A stretch of DNA of 40,297 nt from Welwitschia mirabilis (GCA_051453625.1 JBOZIK010000001.1:48768852-48809148), one strand, 5' to 3'. Shown: positions 24,050 through 37,056, counted from the stretch's first letter. Notes: a model not told the origin generated them from the sequence alone. Made by a program: numbers and translations.

Positions 24050-26598
24050 ATAAAAAAACATTTTTAAAAGACATCATCCTAGGGTTATTGTTCACATGAT
24101 TAGATAGAAAACTACTATAACCTATGATATACACCCTTTTATTTTCCATTTCTTCTCATTTTTCACTAATATCCCAAGCTCTAGATAGAAACTCCTAAAT
24201 ATTATACTATCATTCATTTACCTCTAGATATTGGATTTATGTTAGATTTATTCTCTAGACTTTAGGTTTTACTAATTTTGTAGATATGGGTGAGTTTTTA
24301 TTTCTATATTATTTTTTATTATTTCTTACATTAGATTAATATTTTGGTCTAAATTTTTTTATTTCACTAAGTATTTTATGTGATATAAATATTTTTTCAT
24401 TTTTCAAGCTAGAAATAGGGATTATCCTTTAAATTTAAATTTTGTCCTACTTTCTTGTGAAACTTAGTATACTAGTATTTAAAAGGATTATCTCAGTGAA
24501 TTGAACATTTCTACTATTACAAAATTTTATTTTAGGCCTTTTAGTTTTCATAGTAAGTTTAGGCCTTCTATTACATTATTACATTGTCATCCCTTTTCCT
24601 TTAGCATTTTATATTAACTCAAAAATAATTTTGTTCACTTGGTGAGAGGTAGGAGAAATTTCTATTTATTGTGAATAAATTTTTAACTTTAGGGGAAATA
24701 ATTTTTAATTTTTAAACATATGTTTAACTATTGATATAATGGATATATATATGGCATACTTATCATCTTAAAATATTTCACATAACTTCTTAGTAAGTCA
24801 TGAACAGGAGATAAGGTAAGTTATGATCATCAAGATTTTCTCATAAGTTGAGTCTAGAGTAGTTAAGAAGCTTACAGTTAAATAGCCTAAGCCTCTTTAA
24901 TGAAAAGTTAGAATAAAGTCCATTACTTCCCCTACCATTAAACCAAAGAGGTATTTTGGAGATTTCATGTAGAGGATTAGTCTAGAGGTGGACTAGAGAA
25001 TTAAAAATTCTAGTTGAAATGGATCCTTGACACTCACAGATCATATTATACTAGAAATATATATGATTTTATGATATAATAAAAATTGATATTTTTCCAA
25101 GTATGCAAGGAGAGCTAATTAACAACATCATTTCTAAGGTTAATGGAGCAGGTGGCTATTTTACCAGGGCATATTAGTTAGGTAATGGGAATTTGTAATT
25201 TGAATACCACTCACATATAGTCTTAAAGAGTAGAGGGAGAGAGATAGACATATTATGCTCTTTTGTACATATCATAGGATGCCACACATGATTATTGAGT
25301 AGTAATAGTTACATACTTATCTCCAACCTATGAAGCATTTCATTAATCATTGATCCATAACATCAGTTATCATTCTAAGATAGCCATTACATGATAGTAT
25401 AACTATATATTTTAGATAAATTTAAATAGGGGAAGCAGCTGAACTTAGCTTTGTTTATGTAAAGAACATTGAGGATAATAATCGAGGCTAAATCCCTATG
25501 GATCCTAAGGTTTTCTTGCCTCCTCATAACCATCTTGTATAGGCACGACATTTTAAAGTGTAAGAGCATTTAGGCATAGATACACCTATAAATTACCTCT
25601 AAGACATGGACATCATATTGCTAATGAGCTACAGTAGCCTTAAGTTCATAGAGTTCCCTTTGGGTAGGTGTTGTATGAGGTACCACACTAAAGCAAATAC
25701 AAGAGCTTTTTATTAATATGAAATAAAGGATTATTAATAGGATGAGTAGCTTAGAGACTTGAGTTATGAATACAATTGAAACCTTAAATGAGAGAGTAAC
25801 TATGACTAAGTATATAGTATTATGGATGAAGTAGACTATTATGGTTATGCATAATGCATGGTGTCATGGTTGATATTGTAGAGGAGATTCAAACTTAGCA
25901 TATGGAGATGATAAGAGCTATTCATAATCATATGATCTCTTTATTTCCTATGAAAGAGGAGCACACATCATCTCCATAACCATCTTTTCCTTAATCTACT
26001 ATAAATTTTAGAGTTATACCTTGATAGAATGGATGATTATACTATTTCTTTTCATCACTTTTTATATTAGTCATGAGGTCTCTTACGTATTTTCTATTGT
26101 TTATACTCAAAACTTCATTTTTACATGATACGTATACTATGAGTTTGATTTATATTTTGTATATTCTCTCCTTACATGATTTTATCAACTTAGCATTGCG
26201 TTTTACATTTTCATTATTAAAAAATGTACAATTGGGAAAATAATATAGGAAAATCATGATTATTTTAATCTCTTCATGTTAGTTTATGTTTTAAGGTAAT
26301 TTTAAAGGCCTTTACATTATAAAAATAAAGTTATCATTCATTCCAAAGAAGTCAAAAATTAAGGCATGTTTGAAAATCAATTTGTAAATGCATCATTTAC
26401 TCTATCATCTAGATGATAACACCAGGATGACAAATGATTTTACATATTTTTGATTGGTGGATATCACCTTTTCTTAACTTGGATGTTGGATATATAGGAT
26501 AAAGTTATTGAGATTGATTATATAAATTATTATATTATCTATGTTAATTTATCTTGTAATGTAAATATCAACTTACTTTAGTAGGAGCTAACAGATGC

Positions 26599-27400
26599 TA
26601 AGTGGGGGGCTACATTGCAAGGTTATATTCAAGCTTTATTGATAGGTTTCTAATGGATTTATGATAATCATGCATAGCTATCATGATAATAATGGAAGAC
26701 ATATAATTTTGACATAAGTGATTCTTTTTGGGTGTTTTTGAAAATTTATCTATCCTTGACCCTTTTTGCAGAGTAATGATTATTCAAAATCTGATATTTT
26801 AAAGGGCCATATTTAGAAGGCATACTAGTCATCACATTATAATGATCTTATAGGATCTGACATGACTTTTAAAGATGTTTAAATATTGATTTTGATATTT
26901 GAATAACTCAAAAATTAATTATATATTAAAGAAGATTAATCAAAGTTAAGAATGATATAAAAATAGCTTCATCCACCTTAATGTCCAAGAAATACTTGGA
27001 AAGATTAAAAACAATATAATCCAATACAAATCACATTATTTTCTAATATTCATCCACTCTATTCATCCAAATAAAGCTAGATGAACAATAGGCAATAATT
27101 ACATTAATAATGCATGTGAAGGGTAGATATTGGTAATTAAGGATGATGCACTAGGGTCATTCAAATAATGCCTAGGAGGACATGCATGAAAACTAATTCA
27201 ATTATTACCATATAGTTAATGTAGTAATTCCCTTTTGGTTTGAAAACTTTGAAATTTAAAACAACTTATTTAAAGCTATAAATATCTCACTTAGGCATTC
27301 ATTTTAGTCTAGCCATTATGCATTAAGTAATCTTATGATGACTTAGAATTCAAGTAAGCAAGGAATCCATCTAACCTAGAAGAGGAGAGTTTCTTAGTAT
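26599..27400 (+). mobile_element. PPT and start of a third related gypsy LTR (from 26613); 3' end undefined
   Basis: TAAGTGGGGGGCTA|CATTGCAAGG resembles TAAGTGGGAGGCTA|TGTTG (13310-13292, minus) and TGTTGCAATG (19462). CTATAAATA lies at ~27277. Confidence 0.45.
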
Positions 27401-30214
27401 CAGGCTAAAACTCCTTCATTGATAAATAACTACTTATAAGTGAATGTGTACATTTTCATTAATAAAATTTATTTGCATTCTTTCAATCATTCTTCTTCTG
27501 TTCCTTGTACTTTATGTTAGAATCAAGTTAATTTGTAATTAGTTAATTTTAATTGTTATATAGGGTATAAGGGCCAACTTGAATGATAATAAGTTGATAT
27601 AGTTAGTTAATTAATTTATTTATGATTTAATTTTATTCTTAATGGTATAGTTTATTAATTAATTTATTTAGGATTGAATTTTATTATTACATTGTCATTT
27701 CATTTTTACTTCATAATTCATTATGTTTCATCCCTCATTACATTATTATTTACTTATTCTAAAATTGAATATGATATTAATTCTTTCTCTTAGAAATGAA
27801 TTAATGTTATAAATAGTCATTAAATTTCTCACTAGTTTATAATATTAGGTTAACTACATATACTAGTATGTGTTTGTATGAAATACATATTTAAGATTAC
27901 AAGTTATTATTAAAGATGGTTAACTTATTTGGAAAACACATGATTTCCACTTTAACATGGGACACTTATATCACTAAAATGATTACCAAAGGTATGAATG
28001 ACTTATTTGTATTTGAGAAAAATATGCAAAAGGATATAAAATTTTATGTTGGAATGTTCTAAAAAATATTTTTGCACTATTATTCAATCTAGATTTCTAT
28101 TATGTTGTATTATTTAGACCATCGATTAGTACATAAAACTTGAAAGGAAATGGAGAAAGTTTTAAAATGGTTTCTATTAGAATAATTTAAGGTAATGTAC
28201 TAAATGTAGTTTGAAATCATAATTCTTAAACCTAAATTAATGCCTTTTAAGGTTAAAGATATCATTAGTTTACAGATAATGTTTATAATCTCTAAACTTT
28301 TAATGTTGATTAAATTTTTTAAAGTATGTTTCATCAAACTAAAGAATGGAGTTGATTAATTAAATATTTTCTTTCAAAAAGGGAACATTTAAAAATTATT
28401 TTTTCTTATAATTCTATAGAATATTAAATACTTATAAAATGTAAAAGAAAGGAATAAATTTTATTCAAACAATATTAGATGAGGTGTATTTATAAAGGCA
28501 ACTTATTTAAGTACTATTATTCTGATTCACCTAAGGATTTAAATTATTAGGATGTGTATGCAACCTTATTATTTTAGGATTAAAGTAGGTAAATAGTATA
28601 AATTCTATTAAGAAGAATAAACATGTTACTTTTATAACTATGATGTTATTGAAGATGAATATTATATTTTTCTTCCATATCCTTCAGTAGATAAGAGATG
28701 AAATAGATGGAATAACAAAGCCCAAAACTTAGCTTAATAATTTCAAAATTTCTCTAAAAATTTGGATAATTTTAGAGATGACATCTTTTAAGATTATTAA
28801 ATGTATGTTTCATTTATTAAGTAGATCCTTATGATTTTACAAACATACAAAAAAATTTATTTCTATTATATCATTTTTAAAATATTACAAACCATAAGTA
28901 TACTTAGTAACAAAGGGGCCCAAGCATAAGATCTTCACAAAGTTTTAAAATTAAATTTTTAATATTAAACCTTATATATCCTTCCTTCTTTCTAAATGTA
29001 ATTCTTTTTACATCTCTTTATCTCTTTTTTTCTTCCTCTCATACACCAAAAAAATAATTGGAAGTTGAAAAGCAAATTGTTTTGTAATAATACATAAATA
29101 CTCATAAGATCTATAAAATGAAAAAATTTACAAGTCAAAATAATTTTAATTAAGCCTTAAAATAATAACTAAGATAGACTTAAGGTAGTTGAAAACAAAT
29201 CTAATAAACTATCTACAATTATGTATCATCTTTTACTTAATAAAGAAGTTTAAGAGAAATGAAGAAAAACATGTTCTTCTTATTTAGTAACTTTATTTTC
29301 ACATATACTACATGTTTATTACTCTCTTTGAATATTTTGCTATCTTCCTATTTCAATGCATAGATAATGATCTTTCATTCTTACTCTGCTAATTACTCCT
29401 TTTGTTTTCACTAGAATGATTGATTCAAATAAAAGAATCCATCAATATAGTTCCCTCCTCTAATCTTATCAAATTAAAATTTTCTCTTCCCATGTAAGTT
29501 AAAGGAGATTTATTGTAGGTATTTTTGCCAAACTATCTTTCACACTTAGCTTACATTATTTTCAAAAATAGCAACATCTACATTTCATTTCTTTAATTAT
29601 TTTTCCTTAAAAATCATTTCATTTTTAGATAAACATAACTCCACTTTTAAAAATCTAATTCCATTGAAAATTGGAATTCTTTAAACCTAAGTCAAAATTT
29701 TGAAAACTACTTAAACCTCTAAGGGTAACACATTAGTTTCAAACAATAACATTTCATACCATGTTTGGAATTTTACTTGAAGGGACTTCTTTTCTATATC
29801 TTCAATTTATTTCTATAAAGTTTTTAAAATATCTAGTTCCCATACTAGTAATTCATACAGAATAACTAGAATAATAATTCTTTGAAATATTTTCTTATGA
29901 ACACTTTAAAAATAAATGCCTATTTTTATACATATATTAATTAAGGAATAAAGAGCTTTTATGGAACCTATAATTCTTTCATGCATACATGTATTTCATT
30001 TATAATGTTTAAAGCATTGAAAATATAAGTATTTTTAAAAGAAAATTAATTATACTAGCTTTCACAAAAAAAAAAGATTTATGATCTTTTCTTCTACTCC
30101 CACAACATAAGATAAAATATAAAGCCTTGACTATCTATATATTTTTTTCATGTTAATAAAAGAATATAACATCTAAGATAGAAAAATTTATTCACTTACT
30201 AAAGAATATGTTTA

Positions 30215-31248
30215 TATTAAATCACATGCTTTGAAAACCTTAATTACTTGGATTATAATTTTATTAAGCTTTTAATTAGATGATGAATTACTCTTCTTTA
30301 AAGGCCTTATTAAGGTAAGAAGGTATTTTAAATTAAACTTATTTTGTAATTTTTATAATTCACCATGAAAATAATAATAATTATGTCAGAACATTTTTAT
30401 GACAAAATCTATTCAAACATTTAAAATTAATAAACCCATTATACTTAGAATTAAAATTACATGATAAAACTAATAAACTAAAAATCTCAAGAGGATATAA
30501 TAATATATTTTACATTTTATTTACTCATTTAAATTCTTGATAAATGTGATAGGTGTACTACATTATAAATAGACATTTTCTTCCTTATATTATGTGGTTA
30601 GTATATTTTATGCATTATGAAATAAATGAGCATATGAATAAGTATATGCACTTTTATCTAGAACTAAGAATAATAAATGAGTAGCTTTAATCTACCATGA
30701 ATTTTATCTTTGTGAAATGTGTAAGGGCACTTGGTTCATAGCATATTTATTTTTTTATTCATTGGACTTAAAGAGTTTATCTCATTATGGCAAATGAAAA
30801 TTTTGAGATTTATGCATTTATTCTTTTGATTCATGTCTTTGATGAATTAAACTTATTTATGATCCTATAAAGGATTAAGAAGGAGCTAGCATAAGGAAAT
30901 GATGCATGTAATTAATTTTACTAATCAAAGCAAGAAAATTACTTACCCTAGTTAGGTGCATGAGTCATAAATATGATTTCTTTTCTTGTACTCCAATATC
31001 ACTTATTACGTATCCCACTTATCAATGATAAATCATGTGATCTCATGAGCTTGAGCTATGTGCCTTTTGTTTATATATATATACAAACTTTTTTGTCTCT
31101 TGGAAAAAAAAAGGAAATACTTTCCATTTTTTCATGGAAGTGCCTTTTCTTCTTTCCTCTCTTTTTCTTTCATTCTTTTTCTTATGGAGCTTAAATCTTA
31201 AAAGCTTAAAGCTAAGAACTCTTGAGCTTGGATCTTTATCAATCTTCA
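30215..31248 (+). mobile_element. Copy B of the ~1-kb LTR-like repeat; the LTR may extend to ~33277
   Basis: Colinear with 22266-23285 (e.g. AAACCTTAATTACTTGGAT, TTTTATGCATTATGAAATAAATGAGCAT, GCTTGGATCTTTA). GGGATGTTTTA at 33267-33277 is a plausible matching terminus. Confidence 0.7.
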
Positions 31249-34200
31249 ACTATCAAGGACTTACTAATCTTTCCAAGTAATCGCTTTACTTATGCTATCT
31301 ACATAATATCTTTTAATATTTTAATAGAATGATATAATATTATATTAGACTACTATTTATAATATATTATAAAAATATATTATTCCCTCCCATTATCTCC
31401 CATCAAAATTTAGGGAGATATAAGGGGTCTCTTATGCTTGGTTGTTGAGGATACTAATGCATAATTTTGGCCAAGTGACCAAATTTGGGGATTTACTAAA
31501 TAATTAATTATCCATGTTTATTTTGTATTAATATACATAACAATATAATTTTATTGTTATTCATTAGGTCCATCTTATTAGAAGCAAAGTATAAGCCTCA
31601 AAAATATCTTTTAGGCTAGTACTCCTTTATGGTAATCCTAAGACTCATCATAAATGCTTTTGTGAATTGATTTAATTTTCCTTCCTAAATTAATTTGTAT
31701 TAGTACTATTTAGTAAAGCTATAATGTAAATCATTAGTTTGCCTAGTGTATTTATTATTTTTCTAATTCAAATTATTATATAATTGGTTGTTGAACCTCC
31801 ACTCTATTTTCTTTAGTGAAGTTAAATTTCCAAAATAGAGACATAGGTTAAGAAGACCATAGCTTATTAATTAGTAGGTATAAAGTAGTGAATTTTTTTT
31901 ATAAGTCTAGAATTATGTTATGATTGTGAAAATATAAAAATAGTAATTTTCTGATGTGTAGTAAATTTAAAAAAATTATTTATTAAAATACATTAGAAAA
32001 TGTATGTAGAAAATAATAAGCAAATAATTTACGTTTCTATAACTAGCAATTAACATATCTAAGACCCTGAGTAACCTAAGTTATAAGAAATTAAATAATC
32101 TTTTCAAAACATCTTGAATAATTTAAAAACTCAAAGAATTTTAAAATTTATAGTTATTTAATTGTAGTATGATAGTTCTGTGATTTTAGAAAATTTGATA
32201 GTTTTTAATCATAAATTATAACCTTAGAAATAATATTTTTAGAATTCTAAAATAGCTTAAGTTAGTTTCTAATGATCTTGTTATGAGTTTAGTTTATGAG
32301 AAACTACTCTAATTTATGTTTTGATTCATAATTAATTAATTAATTATTAATTTTTAATTATGATGTTTCCTTAGAGCCGAAAACCATTATAATTAATGTT
32401 TTAAATTATAGAAAAAATTATTACATAAAATTTTATAGGAAATTTGAGTATCTTAGATAAGTTTCTATTATTGGCCTTAAGTTACATTACTTAGAAATAA
32501 TATTTTATTAGGGAAACTATGTATTTTACCTTTTTCCTTTACCTTACTTTGAATGTGCATGCTTGTAAGAGTTTTTGCTTTAGTAATTCAGTAACATAAA
32601 TAGTCCTTGATTTATCACTAATTTTATTGACTTATGATATAGCCATATGAGTCTTGAATAAATTATTGTGTCTTAATAACTATGCTTAAGATATTTTTTT
32701 TATGTTCATTCAGTGCACCAATCCATGGAGATTGTCATATGAGCATAGAAGAATACTTCTAGGATTGACATAGTTCTAGGTATAGATTAGTTTCTTTAAG
32801 TACATTATTAAGATGTGATTTAATAAATTTTTAATAATTTAATTATTATTAAAAGAAAAAAAGAAAAGAATATTTTCTTTATTTAGATTTTTAATATTAT
32901 AATCTTGATTATAGAGATGTTCTAGTATGCTTGTTTTCTTTTCTATGATCGTTTTTATAAAATAAACTTAATGATAATTAGTATTATTATTACTAAGTAA
33001 ATAATCCATTAAATCTCCACATTATTTAGAGTTATATACATGTATTCGTATGGTGTATTTATCGAATAGGACTAAGTTAAGATAATCCTAATAATGTTCA
33101 TCTCCATACTTAGATTTCATCATCAAAGTGGGTTGCATTGCATTTTTTTTATTATACTTTTTTGGAAGTGGATCTGATCATCAATCCCCTACCATACCCA
33201 TGTATGAACTTACTTTAACTTAATATCTTGATTCCTTGGCATCGATGGATCATGTTGCATCATCTAGGGATGTTTTAAGGAAATAAAGTTTATCTATAAG
33301 CATGCATCCACCTTATGTACTGTCTATCACTTGTATTAGGGGTATATCGAGGTGAAGTATAAGCCTATAGAGTTAACCCCAACCATATTTGCATAGTTTT
33401 AAACTTGAAGTAAAACCTATATATAGATATTTTTTAATAGATGTGTCTTGACATTTGTTTTTCTTTTTGATTCGAAGGAGATGGTAATATCCATTCATTG
33501 AATGAAATCTTTAGCTATGTAAAGCAGTCTCTTGTATAGTTGTTAGAGTAGAATTTGAGTAGACAAAGTCATAGATCTAAGTAGAACTTTAGTAGTAGTG
33601 CATAAGAGAGCTATACTTTGTACTATTCTAGCTAACATCTCCTTCTTTAATGATCTCCTAGCCAAGACCATCACCACATTAGTTAAGTTTGAATTCAGGC
33701 CTACTAAAGTACAAAAAAGTCTTAAAGCATGCTTTAATAAAAGAGTAAATGGGTTAACATCAATGAAAATACTTGAAAAACATGCACCTATGTCCCCATA
33801 CGACATGGGAGCTTTATTTATTTCTAAATATCCATTCTAGGATATGACTAAGTAGAACATAAAATGGCATAACCTAGTAATTACTTTATGTATTCCAAGA
33901 TATAGAAAATGTGAAAAATACACAAGCAGTTACTGCTTGTAAAAGTGAATACTTCACAACATCAATCTTGCCTTTTTAAAGAGTAAGGATTGCTATGGTC
34001 ATCTCTATTATAGTCTTGCCTGTGGTGCTTAACTATCCTCCCAATGTGTCTTCGGGAAGTACCTCATTTAGATCTGAAGCTAAAAATATGCAACACCTGA
34101 CTATGTTGTCCAACAAACAAAAACACTTAAAAGAGATGGTGGAGTCATTTTCTTTAAAATAAATTATCTAGGCAAAAATCTCTGTGCATCTTTTGTCTTG

Positions 34201-34635
34201 GTTGCAGGTAGCAGCCTACATTGTTTTGATTAAAATATGCAGATTCTTCAGACCTCAACAAAAGAAGAGATCATCCATTGTGGATTGAAGTTGCTACAAT
34301 TTAAGCTGTAGCTTGAAATTGCTAGTAAATTATAAACCCATCATCAACCATAGTATCAGCCTGACATCTCTAATGATGTCATCGATGAGTCAGACATGAA
34401 AGTGGAATGACGTAATAACCAAAATTAGATTCAAAAGTTTCAGACTTTTAAGATGGCCACAAAAAGAAAGTGGCTTCGAGAGGAGGCTTTTTCTCTTCTT
34501 TCCAAGATTTTTACTTTCAGCCTTTACTTCAGTCATCGACATTACATAAACTTTTTCTTTTCACAGCTTCGTCTTCGATCAGATTTGGAAAGTAGAGCAT
34601 CAGTGGTAAAACCCAATTGCGCATAACATAATGTT

Positions 34636-34824
34636 TGTTAAAATCTCATAATTGGGCCAAGCACATATAAACCCAAGTGAGGTTCTAACCCAAAACTAAT
34701 TGGCAATGGGTGGAGTAACTTACGAGCTTTATATGCATGCTCAAGGCTTTTTTATTCTATCAATGTGGGACAACACCCACTTATATTTTCCACTGTGGGA
34801 CAACACCCACTTATATTTTCCACA
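34636..34824 (-). mobile_element. Short copia-type solo LTR with an internal 30-bp duplication and no TSD
   Basis: Minus: TGTGG...GTCCCACATTG...TATAAAG...CCAC...TTTTGGG...TTAACA. TGTGGGACAACACCCACTTATATTTTCCAC is repeated at 34764 and 34794. Flanks ATGTT/CGATC differ. Confidence 0.7.
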
Positions 34825-36245
34825 CGATCACTGTGGTCAATGCTGTCAAAACACTATGGAAATTGCACATATGCCACATTAGTATTCTTGGGCCCGTCCA
34901 TTAAAAAACACATACCTTGCACACCACCTAGCTATTATTAACATTATGATCATAGTCAAGATTCAGCAAAAAAGGAACATTTTCAGAATAGTGGAAACCA
35001 TCACAAGTACATTCATGGCATCGAGCTTCTTATGGTGTGCATAACCAGGTCATTTCTTATGGAATACATAAACCAATTGGAGTAATTGCTTGCCACAAAT
35101 ATCATGTGTGCAAGTTTAACCCAAAAATACCTAAATCAGCCTTGGATGATCCCTCAGATTATTACCAGGCCAAGGACTTCCATCACCCATAAACCCACAC
35201 TTGTGTGGCATCTTCTACACCTAAGCCACAAGTGCATTGGTTTTCACCTTGAATTCCTTATACTCTCATTTCATAGTGCACCATTCCTTAATAAAATTGG
35301 GCTAAACCTTATCCTTGACATAGTCATTCTTCTATGAGAAATAGAACCCAGGTGCACAAGGCTGAATGCCAAAGGGCTTGCAAAAGGGAATCCATTTTTG
35401 GTGAACTTGGCAATCTTAGACATAGTGTCGAAGATGAGCATCGAGGCTTTGTCATCACTAATGTAGCATTAAAACATTATTGATGCGATAGTCCATCAGT
35501 AGCATCAACAACACCATGTTTGCTATTACCAACGGTGGTTCCTTAAGTGGATCCACTGTATTCATGAATTGACGACCATGACCTCTGACTGATCACCCTT
35601 GAAGCAAGTAGAAAGATGATTAAGAAACACCTATCAATTAACAGGTTTCCACTTGGAAAACTGGTTGAGGATCCATGGTAGTGTAAACCAGACTTCGTAG
35701 ATTACCAAAATCATCCAAAAGCCATACACTGAATTGACAAGGTTGGTTAGTCTATAGTGCATGAAGAGCACCACGACTAGTAGTCAAAGTATTATTACTA
35801 CTCAGTATGGCCCGATTTTGCTCTTTGGTATTGGTATTACCTCTAACAATACCCATTCTCTTTTCTTCTCCTCACAATTGGTTTGTTTTGCTACTGTGAT
35901 TAGTTTTCTTTTGACGAGTTAATTTCCAACTCTTCACTTTTTCTTTCTAGACCACTGCATTCATACTCTAGTTTTCTTTAGGGCTTGTGTTGATCTTGGT
36001 AGCATCCTCCATCTACTCCATTGGTATCTTAAATATTTCCTCCTATTGGAAATGTAGATGATCATAAGAAGTATTATAGTTAAGGCAGGAGATGATTGCA
36101 TTGTGTTACTGCGAGAGGTACAAGATGCATGCGAAACGGATGAGAAATCTATAGTTGAGACATGAGATGACTAAGTTTTCCTCTCCCCCACAATCATTTG
36201 TAGGCTTACTAAGTTCATCTTTGCATACTTGGTAAACGAGGAAAA
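34825..36245 (-). pseudogene. CESA: Processed (intronless) cellulose synthase pseudogene, CesA8-like, N-terminal half
   Basis: Manual translation: YQVCKDE..CLNY..FAC..CLNYNTSY (decayed RING), V*KEKVKSWK, VIPIPKSKIGPY*VVIIL*L, EVWF..WILNQFSKWKPVN, TVDPLKEPPLVIAN, CYISDD, KWIPFCK...FYFS*KNDYVKDKV*P, EYKEFKV, DGSPWPGNNLRDHPRLI*VFLG, PGYAHHKK, LLNLDYDH, YVQFP*CFDSIDHSDR. Many stops and several frameshifts. Confidence 0.93.
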
Positions 36246-37056
36246 TGATAAATTGGTATGCTTTTTGTTCATCATATATTTCAATTACAAGCATCTGCTC
36301 CTATATAGAATGTATAAAGAGTCTATTCTAGAAAACTAATAATTGATAGGAAACTAATAATTGCTATACAAAAAATCATGGATTAGGTTTAAGGAGTTTC
36401 ATAATCATAGAAACCAATTTCTACAATTCCTCCATAATATTCTCTGTTAACAGCTTATTCGAACACCTCTTCTAAAGTTGATGCATAGATATTCTCAATG
36501 TCTAACTTGTCTAGTAAGCTATGAAACATATTGCTGGGGTTGCCTTGGTAAGAATATCTACCAATTGTTCTTATGACTTTACAAATGTAAATTGAACTAT
36601 CTTGCTCTCAAGCTTTTCCTTGATAAAGTGTTGGTCCACTTCCACATGTTTTGTTTGATCATGTTGAACTGGATTTTGTGCAATCTCTATGACCATTTTC
36701 TTATCACAGAACAAATTCCTAGCTAAACTGGATGAATAAGCAATTTCTTTTAATAACTATTTTAACCAAAGAAGCTTACAAATCCTTTAGACACACCTCA
36801 AAGCTCAGCCTCTGCGCTAGATAGTGCAACCACCTTTTGCTTCTTACTTCTCTAAATAACTAGGTTGCCTCCCAAGAAAGTGAAGTATCTTGATGTAGAT
36901 TTTCTATAAGTGATACTTCTAGCCTAGTCTGCATTTATATAACTATCAATATTTGAATGATTATAATTCCTAAACATGAGACCTTGTCCTAGAGAGATCT
37001 TCAAGTACCATAGAATTTAGAGAACAACATTCATATGTTCCTCACTTGGATTATGC
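36246..37056 (-). mobile_element. Copia (Ale/Retrofit-like) 3' end: RT C-terminus and RNase H, PPT, 220-bp 3' LTR (36465-36246)
   Basis: Minus translation: HNPSEEHM..ILWYLK..G.GL, NAD*A...RKSTS, GGNLVI*RSKKQKVVALSSAEAE, LFCD..IAQNPVQHDQTKHVEVD.HFIKEK, EQLVDILTK, IYAST. Then AGAAGAGG|TGTTCG...CTATATA...TTTATCA. Truncated by an N gap. Confidence 0.92.

Noticed and set aside
33950-34635. Continuation of CesA beyond the short LTR
   Set aside because: The expected YANRN.VFFD / GPVYVGTG sequence was not found. There are some splice-like sites but no recognisable protein.
35086-35337. 83-aa plus-strand ORF
   Set aside because: Antisense shadow of the CesA pseudogene.
36106-36294. 62-aa ORF as a real gene
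   Set aside because: Chimeric: its start lies in the copia LTR and the rest is the decayed CesA RING finger.
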